NCBI GenBank assembly: GCA_017962845.1
Contig: JAGCUN010000015.1
Location: forward strand, 84,539 to 148,538
Length of the DNA stretch: 64,000 bases
Direction of reading: 5' to 3'
DNA from: Bacteroidales bacterium
Lineage (GTDB): Bacteria > Bacteroidota > Bacteroidia > Bacteroidales > WCHB1-69
In this document: positions 44,647 to 53,815 of the stretch, in pieces
Layout of the letters: each line of letters opens with the position of its first letter
How positions within the stretch are numbered: position 1 is the first letter of the stretch
The notes under the pieces: generated by a model
What the model was told of the DNA's origin: nothing
Seen by the model: the letters and a program-made list of their open reading frames with translations, nothing else
Database searches by the model: none
Translations under genes and position numbers: made by a program

Positions 44647-45840
44647 ATGAATAAGTTCCAAAAAACATTAATGATTTGCACGCTGATTGGCCTCTTTTGT
44701 GCAATGTCGGTCAATCTGTATGCCGGTAATAGAGACCGTTCCGGTCAGGCAGGTGCACAGCATCTTCTGATTGACCCGTGGGCTCGCTCCACTGGTTGGG
44801 GAACCGCCGGTGTTGCTGAAATCCGCGGTTTGGAAGCTATGTATTCCAATATCGGTGGAATGGCTTTTGTCAACAAAACCGAATTGGCCTTCTCCCATAC
44901 CCGCTACTTAGTAGGTTCGGGCGCAGGTATTGGTATTAGCTCTTTTGCTATCGCCCAGCACCTTCGTTCTACTGATAAAGATACTAAACGTGTACGCGAC
45001 TTTGGTGTCTTGGGTCTCTCTTTCTTCACCATGGGCTTCGGTAACATTGAAGTCACTTCTGAAGAATTACCAGAAGGTAACCAAGGTACTTTCTCTCCGA
45101 AACTCTCCTATCTTTGCTTGCACTATGCCAAGAGTTTCAACCAGTACATTCACGGTGGTGTTTCTTTGAAAGTGGTCACTGAAACCGGTGCTGATGATGC
45201 AAAAGCTACGGGTTTTGCTATTGATGCAGGTGTTCAGTATCTCACGGGCGCTTTCCAAAACTTCAAGATTGGTATCACCTTGAAGAATATCGGACTTCCG
45301 ATGCATTACAAAGGTGATGGTTTTGGCGTGAGAGCTGTGGCTGGAGACCTCGATTGGGAACAGACCCTTGAGAGCCGTTCTGCTTCTTACGAGCTTCCTA
45401 CCATGTTGGTATTGGGCCTCTCTTACGACTTCCTAATCTGGGGTAAAGAATATGAGGGTTGGGATAAAATCGACAAAGTTGATGAAGGTCTCACCCGTGA
45501 CGATGCCGCCCACAGAATTACGTTGGCAGGTTCTTTCACCGCTAACTCTTTCTCCCGTGACATCGCCACCGTCGGTATTGAATATGGGCTTGGCCAAATT
45601 TTCATGATCCGTGCTGGCTATAGCGTAGAGCTGGGTAAGGGAATGTTCAAGACAGAAGAACAAACTACTTGGTACACCGGTCCCTCACTGGGCGCATCTC
45701 TTGGTATTCCTATGATGAGCAAGAAAAAAATGGAAGAAAAGGGCACCAAGAATCCCCCGAGACTTTATCTTGACTACTCCTATCGTTTCACGAATAGATG
45801 GGGTGGAAACCACTGCGTTGGTTTGAAACTCGCCCTTTAA
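44647..45840 (+). CDS. PorV/PorQ-family-like outer-membrane beta-barrel protein
   Basis: 397-aa ORF with a signal peptide. GAQHLLIDPWARSTGWGTAGVAEIRGLEAMYSNIGGMAF follows the PorV N-terminal pattern (LxIxPxxRxxGxGxAGVA...N..g.aF), and the size is typical of PorV. Confidence 0.65.
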   Translation: MNKFQKTLMICTLIGLFCAMSVNLYAGNRDRSGQAGAQHLLIDPWARSTGWGTAGVAEIRGLEAMYSNIGGMAFVNKTELAFSHTRYLVGSGAGIGISSFAIAQHLRSTDKDTKRVRDFGVLGLSFFTMGFGNIEVTSEELPEGNQGTFSPKLSYLCLHYAKSFNQYIHGGVSLKVVTETGADDAKATGFAIDAGVQYLTGAFQNFKIGITLKNIGLPMHYKGDGFGVRAVAGDLDWEQTLESRSASYELPTMLVLGLSYDFLIWGKEYEGWDKIDKVDEGLTRDDAAHRITLAGSFTANSFSRDIATVGIEYGLGQIFMIRAGYSVELGKGMFKTEEQTTWYTGPSLGASLGIPMMSKKKMEEKGTKNPPRLYLDYSYRFTNRWGGNHCVGLKLAL

Positions 45841-45866
45841 TATTCGTTAAACCTTATTACTCTTAA

Positions 45867-45895
45867 CTAAAGAGGCCTCTTGCGGGCCTCTTTAG
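45867..45895 (+). terminator. Hairpin terminator closing the three-gene operon
   Basis: CTAAAGAGGCC, loop tcttgcg, then GGCCTCTTTAG (11-bp perfect stem), followed by a T-rich tract. Confidence 0.7.
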
Positions 45896-45929
45896 TGTTG
45901 TTTTATAATGTTGTAAATAAATTATTATC

Positions 45930-46403
45930 ATGAGTGAAATTAAATATTATTCTGCTGAAAGCCTCGCTGCTCTCAAAGCTGAACTGGCTCATCTTGAATC
46001 TGTGGAACGCCCCCGAATATCTGCTATGATTGCAGAGGCTCGTGACAAAGGCGACCTTTCTGAAAATGCTGAATATGATTCCGCTAAAGAGGCACAGGGT
46101 CTTCTTGAAATGAAGATCGCCAACCTTCAAACCACGATCGCTAATGCCCGCATCCTCGACGAGACAAAATTGGATACCTCTAAAGTTCTACTGTACTCCA
46201 TCGTGACGGCAAAAGACCTGAAACGTAACAAGGAGATGATTTACACGATCGTGCCTGAATCTGAGGCCGATTTCAAGTCGGGTAAGATATCTGTAACCTC
46301 ACCCATCGCAAAGGGTTTTTTGGGCAAAAAAGTGGGCGAAATAGCCGAAGTTCAAGCCCCGGTTGGTATCCTCAAATTCGAAATCCTTAAAATTGCTCGC
46401 TAA
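45930..46403 (+). CDS. greA: Transcription elongation factor GreA
   Basis: 157-aa ORF with the motif LSENAEYDSAKEAQ in a coiled-coil N-domain and an FKBP-like C-domain. Confidence 0.93.
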   Translation: MSEIKYYSAESLAALKAELAHLESVERPRISAMIAEARDKGDLSENAEYDSAKEAQGLLEMKIANLQTTIANARILDETKLDTSKVLLYSIVTAKDLKRNKEMIYTIVPESEADFKSGKISVTSPIAKGFLGKKVGEIAEVQAPVGILKFEILKIAR

Positions 46404-46801
46404 TGGACACGATTTTCACTAAAATCATTAAAGGAGAGATTCCGTGTTATAAGATTGCGGAAGACGACCAGTTTTTCGCATTCCTCGACATCAATCCTCT
46501 TGCAAAAGGTCACACTTTGGTTGTGCCAAAACTCCAAAATGATTATATTTTCGACCTCGATGACAAAATGCTGGCGGATATGATGGTGTTTGCCAAAAAA
46601 GTTGCGAAGGCGATTGAGGCCAATGTGAAGTGTATGCGAATTGGAGTCGCCGTAATCGGCATCGAAGTTCCTCATACTCACATTCATCTTGTGCCCATCA
46701 ACAGAGTGGGAGACCTGAATTTCGCCAACCCGAAATGTCAGCTCTCCCCTGAAGAAATGGCTGAAATTGCAGATAAAATTTCTAAATCTGTTCAATATTA
46801 A
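46403..46801 (+). CDS. HIT-family (histidine triad) nucleotide hydrolase
   Basis: 132-aa ORF with the histidine triad HTHIHLVP. Confidence 0.9.
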   Translation: MDTIFTKIIKGEIPCYKIAEDDQFFAFLDINPLAKGHTLVVPKLQNDYIFDLDDKMLADMMVFAKKVAKAIEANVKCMRIGVAVIGIEVPHTHIHLVPINRVGDLNFANPKCQLSPEEMAEIADKISKSVQY

Positions 46802-46802
46802 T

Positions 46803-47324
46803 ATGTTAAAGAAAATTTCTGAAAACCAAATAACAGGCGTCCAACTCATTAAGCCAGATGTGTCCAAAAAATTCTATCATATCGCATCTGATAATGATAT
46901 TTATGCCACCATTGATCTGATTCACGGTCAAGGTTCTCTGGCAAGACTGGAAACCCCAGAAGGCTCTTATACGATTAAGCGTCAGGGTTTTTTTGTGCCT
47001 TACATCAGTGTCAGAAAAGAGAATGAAGAGACAGACTTGGGTGAGCTTTTTTTGGATTTGTATGGAAAGTCCAGTCTCCGCCTTGATGATGCCTCTCTCT
47101 CTTTCAAGCCTTTAGCTCTTTGGAAAAACCATTGGGGGTGGACGACAGAAAAGAATCGCGTGGTGATCAAATATATGCTCACCATCTCTGGTCAGGTAAG
47201 AGGTGACATGGAGTTTTCGAAAGACTTTTTCTATTTTCCAAATTTGGAACTTTTGGCGGCTCTCGGAGGTTATCTCCTGCTTCAATTGGAAGATGAACTT
47301 AGTCGATTGTCGGAAAACAGATAA
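46803..47324 (+). CDS. Hypothetical protein
   Basis: The ORF runs 46767-47324, and the start is placed at MLKKISENQ just after the HIT stop. No recognisable motif. Confidence 0.45.
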   Translation: MLKKISENQITGVQLIKPDVSKKFYHIASDNDIYATIDLIHGQGSLARLETPEGSYTIKRQGFFVPYISVRKENEETDLGELFLDLYGKSSLRLDDASLSFKPLALWKNHWGWTTEKNRVVIKYMLTISGQVRGDMEFSKDFFYFPNLELLAALGGYLLLQLEDELSRLSENR

Positions 47325-47352
47325 TGATACAGATATCCATAAATCTTTGAAT

Positions 47353-48201
47353 ATGAAAACGGTAGAAGAATTAAAAGAAATTGCGGCTCAGGTGCGTCGC
47401 GATATCATCAGAATGGTTTATAATGCCAAGTCTGGTCACCCGGGTGGTTCTCTGGGCTGCACAGATTTAGTCACTGCTTTGTATTTCGAGGTAATGGATA
47501 TTGAACCGGCAAACTTCACCCGAGAGGGCAGGGGGGAGGATATGTTTTTCCTCTCAAATGGCCATATCTCTCCCATGCTGTACAGCATTATGGCCCGCCG
47601 TGGCTATTTTCCTGTCAGTGAGTTGGCTACCTTTAGAAAATTAGGTACAAGACTTCAAGGGCACCCCACTCCGGTGGAGAAACTCCCCGGCCTCCGCATT
47701 GCCTCCGGATCACTCGGACAAGGCGTTTCGGTGGCTATAGGTGCTGCTATTGCCAAAAAACAGAACAACGACCCGCATACCGTGTTCGTGCTCACAGGCG
47801 ACGGCGAGCTTGAAGAAGGCCAGATATGGGAAGCTTTCATGTTTGCTGGCGGCAAACAGGTTGATAATCTTATCGCCATCATCGACCATAACAAAAAACA
47901 GATTGATGGCTCTACCGATGATGTTATGCCGCTCGGTTCCCTCAAAGCCAAAATGGAGGCTTTCAATTGGACCGTTATGGAGATGGATGGCAATGATATG
48001 CAGCAAGTTGTGAATACCTTGCGCGAGGCTAAATCCAAGCTGGGACAAGGGAAACCTGTGGTGATTGTCATGAAGAGCGAAATGGGCATGGGTGTTGATT
48101 TTATGATGGGCACCCACAAATGGCACGGAACGCCCCCCAACCAAGAACAGGCTGAGGCGGCCCTTCAACAACTGCCTACCACTTCGCTTGGCGATTTCTA
48201 A
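47353..48201 (+). CDS. Transketolase, N-terminal (TPP-binding) subunit of a split enzyme
   Basis: The start is placed at MKTVEELKEIAAQVRRD. Motifs are SGHPGGSLG and GDGELEEGQIWEA. At 282 aa it covers only the N-terminal half. Confidence 0.9.
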   Translation: MKTVEELKEIAAQVRRDIIRMVYNAKSGHPGGSLGCTDLVTALYFEVMDIEPANFTREGRGEDMFFLSNGHISPMLYSIMARRGYFPVSELATFRKLGTRLQGHPTPVEKLPGLRIASGSLGQGVSVAIGAAIAKKQNNDPHTVFVLTGDGELEEGQIWEAFMFAGGKQVDNLIAIIDHNKKQIDGSTDDVMPLGSLKAKMEAFNWTVMEMDGNDMQQVVNTLREAKSKLGQGKPVVIVMKSEMGMGVDFMMGTHKWHGTPPNQEQAEAALQQLPTTSLGDF

Positions 48202-48211
48202 CTGTTGAGCT

Positions 48212-49702
48212 GTGAAACCCCGACCTAAGGTAAAAAGACACTTTTTCGACATCTCCTTCACCAAAATCGTTTATCGATACTTGGTCAAGAAGTTTGTATC
48301 CCCCTTTTTCCTTACCTTTTTCCTGGCTTTGCTCATCATCGACATGCAATTCTTGTGGAAGTATGTGGATGATTTGGTAGGGAAAGGATTGGAGTGGTAT
48401 TTGATCTTGGAATTGTTGTTCTATGTGTCTGCTACTTTTGTCACCTTGGCCATGGCTTTGGCTGTGCTTCTCTCCTCGTTGATGACATTTGGGAATTTGG
48501 GCGAAAAATACGAGATTGTTGCGCTGAAATCAGCGGGAATTTCTATCACTAGTCTGATGAAGCCATTGGCTCTTATTTCATTGCTATTGGCTGTTTTTTC
48601 CTTCTGGTTCTCTGATAATGTGGTGCCCGCCGCATACGTGAAGTGGCGTACGATGATGTATGAAATAGCTGAACAAAAACCCACCCTCAGTATGGATGAA
48701 GGCGTATTTTATGATGGAATTGACGGCTATATCATACGCATTGGTAAAAAACATCGCGATAATGAAAATATTGAAGATGTGCTTATTTATGACCACTCCA
48801 AACATATGGGAAATATCACGGGCACCTATGCCAAACGAGGCACGATGACCATTACTCCCGATAAGAAATTCTTTGTCTTTACGTTGTATGATGGCTATTT
48901 ATGGGATGAGAGCCGAAACCAAAACAGCCGAGGAGCCCACTATCCCTATTTTTTCGCAAGATTCAGCAAGCAATATATGAAAATGGACATCTCTTCTTTT
49001 GAGATGCAGAATGTTAGCGACGAGTTCTTCAAGGAGAATAGTAAAGCTTCTAAGCTCCAAAAGATTGGAGAAGAAATCGTAATTAAAAAATCCGAGATGA
49101 ATGTCATTTCCGAAGATGTGTTCAGAAAATATGAAGCAGCATTTTATAAAGATTTGAAAGTCAGAGGTGAAGGGTGGAGAGACAGGCCAGTTACTTCACA
49201 GACTTTCCAATTCGAAGAGTTATCTCCGGCCATGCAAGAACAAGTATATTATCGAGCCCTTGCTAAGGCCGATAATCTGCTGGGTAGTCTTTCACAGTCT
49301 CATCTTATTACAGAATTGAAAGAAAGGGAGTTAAGAGAGTTTCAGATTGAATACCACCAACGATTGGTATTGCCTCTTGCCTGCTTCTTGTTCTTCTTTA
49401 TAGGAGCACCTCTGGGTACAATTATTCGTAAGGGCGGTATAGGCATTCCTTTGGTTATAACGGTGGTCTTCTTTGCCTTCTATTTTGTCATCTCTATCTT
49501 TGGCGAAAAAATGGCGAAAAATGGAGATACCCCCGTGTGGTTCGGAATGTGGCTTTCTACTTTTGTCACAGTTCCTATCTGTGTTTTTTTGACATACAAG
49601 GCTGCGGTGGATTCGGCAGTGATGTCACCGGACGCATACGCCAATTTCTTCAGAAAAGCAAAGACTTTATTACATAAAAAATCCCGAAAAACCCAATCAT
49701 AA
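48212..49702 (+). CDS. LptF/LptG-family (YjgP/YjgQ) permease
   Basis: 496-aa ORF with N-terminal IVYRYLVKKFVSPFFLTFFLAL, six predicted transmembrane segments flanking a large periplasmic domain, and a GTG start. Confidence 0.85.
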   Translation: MKPRPKVKRHFFDISFTKIVYRYLVKKFVSPFFLTFFLALLIIDMQFLWKYVDDLVGKGLEWYLILELLFYVSATFVTLAMALAVLLSSLMTFGNLGEKYEIVALKSAGISITSLMKPLALISLLLAVFSFWFSDNVVPAAYVKWRTMMYEIAEQKPTLSMDEGVFYDGIDGYIIRIGKKHRDNENIEDVLIYDHSKHMGNITGTYAKRGTMTITPDKKFFVFTLYDGYLWDESRNQNSRGAHYPYFFARFSKQYMKMDISSFEMQNVSDEFFKENSKASKLQKIGEEIVIKKSEMNVISEDVFRKYEAAFYKDLKVRGEGWRDRPVTSQTFQFEELSPAMQEQVYYRALAKADNLLGSLSQSHLITELKERELREFQIEYHQRLVLPLACFLFFFIGAPLGTIIRKGGIGIPLVITVVFFAFYFVISIFGEKMAKNGDTPVWFGMWLSTFVTVPICVFLTYKAAVDSAVMSPDAYANFFRKAKTLLHKKSRKTQS

Positions 49703-50919
49703 TGAAGATTCTACAAATTTGTCATAAACCTCCTTTCCCTCCTTCTGATGGCGGCACAATTGCGATGAACAACGTCACACAAGGGCTCCTTCATGCCGGT
49801 CATCAGGTGAAGGTGTTGGCAATTGAAACCCCCAAGCACAGGGTAAACCGCAATGCTTTGCCAAGCGAATATCTCTCTGCTACAGGCTTCGAATCTGTAT
49901 TTGTGGACACCTCCATCTCTTATACTGCGGCTTTTAAGACAGTCTTTACCCGCAAGGCTTATCAAGTGAGTCGTTTTTATTCAAAAAACTTCGCCAAAAA
50001 AATCGCAGAAGTGCTGAAAAAAGAGCATTTCGACATTATTCATCTCGAATCTCTCTTCACAACTCCTTATATTTCAATTATCCGACAATTTTCTAATGCC
50101 AAAATCGTTCTCAGAACCCACAATATTGAGCATCAAATCTGGAAGAGGGTGGCAAAAAACGAGAGAAATTGGATAAAAAAATGGGCTATCCGATATATGT
50201 CCAATCAGTTAGAACGATACGAATGCGGATTAGCGGGGCAGATTGATGCTTTTGCCGCGATTTCGGAACCCGACTACCACTTTTTTTCAACCCTTTATGG
50301 CTCTCTACCGGGCACGATTCTCCCCTTGGGCATAGATATAGATGACTATCCAGATAATGAGGAGTATATGCCTTCTGATGTTCCTGAATTGTTCCATGTG
50401 GGCAGCATGAATTGGCGGCCGAATGTGGAAGGAATCGAGTTTTTTTTGGATGATGTATGGCCATTGGTGCTGGAGCGTTTCCCCGAAATTACCTTTACCA
50501 TTGCGGGTCGCAGCATCCCTCCCACCATCGCCCACCGTACCGACAAAAATCTTATCATTGCAGGCGAAGTGCCCTCTGCCAATGAGTTTATCCTTTCAAA
50601 AGATATTATGATTGTTCCCATTTTGTCGGGAAGTGGAGTTAGGGTGAAAATCATTGAAGGAATGGCTCTTGGTAAAACCATCATCACCACTACCATCGGT
50701 GCTGAAGGCCTTGCAGTGGAAAATGGAAAGAATATTTTGGTGGCCGATACGCCAGAAGAATTTGTAGAAGCGATAGCCAAATGTGTACACACCCCTGATA
50801 TTTGTGCAATTCTTGGGGAAAATGCCCGCAACTTTGTGGCTCTTAACCATAATAATGAGGTGATAACCCAAAACCTCGTAGATTTTTATGATGCATTGAT
50901 ACATAATGAGAACCAGTAA
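49702..50919 (+). CDS. Glycosyltransferase (GT4 family-like)
   Basis: 405-aa ORF with N-terminal MKILQICHKPPFPPSDGGTIAMNNV and a C-terminal GT-B motif, KIIEGMALGKTIITTTIGAEG. Confidence 0.85.
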   Translation: MKILQICHKPPFPPSDGGTIAMNNVTQGLLHAGHQVKVLAIETPKHRVNRNALPSEYLSATGFESVFVDTSISYTAAFKTVFTRKAYQVSRFYSKNFAKKIAEVLKKEHFDIIHLESLFTTPYISIIRQFSNAKIVLRTHNIEHQIWKRVAKNERNWIKKWAIRYMSNQLERYECGLAGQIDAFAAISEPDYHFFSTLYGSLPGTILPLGIDIDDYPDNEEYMPSDVPELFHVGSMNWRPNVEGIEFFLDDVWPLVLERFPEITFTIAGRSIPPTIAHRTDKNLIIAGEVPSANEFILSKDIMIVPILSGSGVRVKIIEGMALGKTIITTTIGAEGLAVENGKNILVADTPEEFVEAIAKCVHTPDICAILGENARNFVALNHNNEVITQNLVDFYDALIHNENQ

Positions 50920-52804
50920 ATACCATTATCTCTCTCAGATTAACTCTCCTGCCGATCTCAGAAAACTTCAAGTGTCGGAATTGCCGAAATTATGTGAGGA
51001 GTTAAGGGATTATATTATTACCGAGACGGCAGAGAATCCAGGGCATCTTGGCTCCTCGTTGGGAGCCGTGGAATTAGCCGTGGCCATCCATTATGTGTTT
51101 GACACCCCCTCCGATAAGTTGGTATGGGATGTGGGGCACCAGGCATACGCGCATAAGATTCTGACAGGACGGAAAGAACAATTTCATACCAATCGCAAGT
51201 ATCATGGTATCAGTGGGTTCCCGAAAATGTCGGAAAGCGAATACGATGCATTTGGAACAGGACACTCCTCCACTTCCATTTCCGCCGTTTTGGGAATGGC
51301 TGTGGCAGGGAAACTGTCTGGAGATGAAGAAAGTAACTATATCGCAGTTATTGGCGATGGCTCCATCGGCGGGGGAATGGCTTTTGAGGCCCTTAATCAC
51401 GCTGCCGAGACAAAAGCCAACGTGTTGATCATTCTTAATGACAACAAAATAGCCATTGATAAGAATGTCGGCGCGATGAGCCGGTATCTGCTGCATATCA
51501 CCGCGTCTCCTGGCTACAATCGTGCTAAAAATCGCCTTTGGAATTTCCTTTCGGCCAGTAAGCCTGTAAGAAATCGGTTACTACGCTTTTTCAGCAAGAT
51601 GGGAAATGCCATCAAAGGAACAATTTTGCGAGGAAGCAATCTCTTCCAGGCTTTGGGTTTCCGCTACTTTGGTCCAGTAGATGGTCACAATGTGGAGTAT
51701 TTGGTGAAGGTGCTCAGAGACTTGAAACCTATTAAAGGAGCCCGTCTGTTGCATGCGATTACAGTGAAAGGAAAAGGATTGCCCGCAGCAGAGCAAAACC
51801 AGACCACCTACCATGCCCCAGGTAAGTTTGACCCCGATACAGGAAAACGTATAGCTTCCTCAGAAGATGGACAAGCACCTAAATATCAAGATGTTTTTGG
51901 AGAAACCATTCTTGAATTAGCTCAACAGGATGAACGGGTGGTGGGTATCACACCAGCGATGGCTACAGGTTGCTCTTTGACAATTCTGGCCAAGGAATTC
52001 CCTGATCGCGCCATTGATGTGGGTATTGCGGAACAACATGCTGTTACTTTTGCCGCAGGATTGGCTGCACAGGGCATGGTTCCTTTTTGTAATATCTATT
52101 CTTCTTTCCTGCAACGGGCTTACGATCAAATCATTCATGATGTTGCTCTCCAAAAGTTGCCCGTTATCTTCTGTATCGACCGCGCGGGACTGGTGGGAGA
52201 AGATGGGGCCACCCACCATGGCGTTTTTGATCTGGCATTCTTGCGTTCCGTACCCAACATTATCATCTCATCTCCCATGGATGAAGTTGAATTGAGAGAT
52301 TTGATGTACACCGCGTATGGTTACCGCGAACTTCCTTTTGCTATAAGATATCCTCGGGGTAGGGGAGTGTGTGCAGATTGGAGACAGCCGATGAAACAGA
52401 TGATGATAGGGAAAGGACGCGTGTTGCAAAAAGGAGAAAAAATGGCAGTTCTGTCCATCGGAAAAATGGGACAGCATGTTCAGCAGGCTTTAGTATTGAT
52501 GAGAGAGGCTGGCCTCAATCCCACACATGTGGACATGCGCTTTCTTGCGCCATTGGACACCCAGCTTGTGCAAGAAATGGCAGCCACCCATGAGATCCTT
52601 TTCACGGTGGAAGATGGCGTGGTGCATGGTGGACTCTTCTCAGCAGTATCGGAAGTGGTCGCCCAAAGCCAGTCCCCCGTACCAGTAATTCCTATCGCCG
52701 TTCCTGCCCGCTTTGTGGACCATGGCGATATGACCTCCCTTTACGAAGAGTGCGGATTGTCCCCAGAAAAAATCGCACAAACACTTTTACAATATAACAA
52801 TTAA
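50906..52804 (+). CDS. dxs: 1-deoxy-D-xylulose-5-phosphate synthase
   Basis: 632-aa ORF with motifs GHLGSSLGAVEL, GHSSTSISA and GDGSIGGGMAFEALN. Confidence 0.96.
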   Translation: MRTSKYHYLSQINSPADLRKLQVSELPKLCEELRDYIITETAENPGHLGSSLGAVELAVAIHYVFDTPSDKLVWDVGHQAYAHKILTGRKEQFHTNRKYHGISGFPKMSESEYDAFGTGHSSTSISAVLGMAVAGKLSGDEESNYIAVIGDGSIGGGMAFEALNHAAETKANVLIILNDNKIAIDKNVGAMSRYLLHITASPGYNRAKNRLWNFLSASKPVRNRLLRFFSKMGNAIKGTILRGSNLFQALGFRYFGPVDGHNVEYLVKVLRDLKPIKGARLLHAITVKGKGLPAAEQNQTTYHAPGKFDPDTGKRIASSEDGQAPKYQDVFGETILELAQQDERVVGITPAMATGCSLTILAKEFPDRAIDVGIAEQHAVTFAAGLAAQGMVPFCNIYSSFLQRAYDQIIHDVALQKLPVIFCIDRAGLVGEDGATHHGVFDLAFLRSVPNIIISSPMDEVELRDLMYTAYGYRELPFAIRYPRGRGVCADWRQPMKQMMIGKGRVLQKGEKMAVLSIGKMGQHVQQALVLMREAGLNPTHVDMRFLAPLDTQLVQEMAATHEILFTVEDGVVHGGLFSAVSEVVAQSQSPVPVIPIAVPARFVDHGDMTSLYEECGLSPEKIAQTLLQYNN

Positions 52805-52858
52805 CCGTATTCAAAAAATTTCATGTATTTTTGCCACATTAACCTAAAAACAGAAAAA

Positions 52859-53812
52859 ATGAATCGGTATAGATGGGCCTGCACACTGGGAATCGTGGCA
52901 ATAAGTATATTGCTCTTAGGCTCTTGCAAAAAAAGAGTGACTCCGCCCGTTGAGCAGCCAAGAGCATCCGCCGAATGTCCGTTGAGCACGATTCCTTCCG
53001 ATTTTGCCGATTTGGATGCCTCCACCCCAACCTATCCTCTGCCGAAAGCATTTTTCAACGACTTCATGAAATACGCCCAACAATATGAAGGCACCCATAT
53101 CACCATCCCCGCACAGCTTCCCCAAGACTGGGTGCTGTTGTGCCGAGAACCCCTTCCTGCCAGTCAGGAGCTGTGGCTTATACAGTCCGCCGACAAAGAC
53201 TGGACTTACCTCCTTGTGACAGCCGGTCAGCATGTGCGAGACGCTCTTCCAATAGCCCTTGACCTTGCCTCTCCAGGCGATGTGATAGAGACGGAAGTGT
53301 GGACCTGGCACCGAGATGAAGATGGCGCCTTCCTCGTGACCAAACATTATGAAAAACGTCCCGATGCCAATGACACCACCCAGCGTCAGCGTAAACTTGA
53401 AGCCCTCGACCGGTATGTGGTTAGCGAGTCGGGCCAGTTCAAATGCACCCCGCAGAGCCTGACAGAAGGCACTCCCTATCAAGCGGTCATTCTCTTTAAC
53501 TTGGCATCAGAGAGGCCAGATTCTTGGTACGATATGATGAGCTATATCGCACCCTACTGTGAGGAAAATAATATCTATTTCGCGACAGTGGCCTCCGCCT
53601 CTGAAGACTTGCACCACGTGGTCATAGAAGATTATCAGCTTAACTACATCACTACTATTGACCTTGTCCCTTTGCTTGACAACGTTGAACAAGGTCTGGT
53701 CCTGCTGCAGAATGGAGCAGAACCCCGAGTTGAGAACTATTCCGATAACGAACGTTATCTTCAAATGAAAATCAGAAATTATTTTAATTCTATCAGCAAT
53801 ATAAATTTGTAA
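52859..53812 (+). CDS. Hypothetical lipoprotein
   Basis: The start is placed at MNRYRWACTLGIVAISILLLGSC (lipoprotein signal). No recognisable motif. Confidence 0.5.
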   Translation: MNRYRWACTLGIVAISILLLGSCKKRVTPPVEQPRASAECPLSTIPSDFADLDASTPTYPLPKAFFNDFMKYAQQYEGTHITIPAQLPQDWVLLCREPLPASQELWLIQSADKDWTYLLVTAGQHVRDALPIALDLASPGDVIETEVWTWHRDEDGAFLVTKHYEKRPDANDTTQRQRKLEALDRYVVSESGQFKCTPQSLTEGTPYQAVILFNLASERPDSWYDMMSYIAPYCEENNIYFATVASASEDLHHVVIEDYQLNYITTIDLVPLLDNVEQGLVLLQNGAEPRVENYSDNERYLQMKIRNYFNSISNINL

Positions 53813-53815
53813 GTT

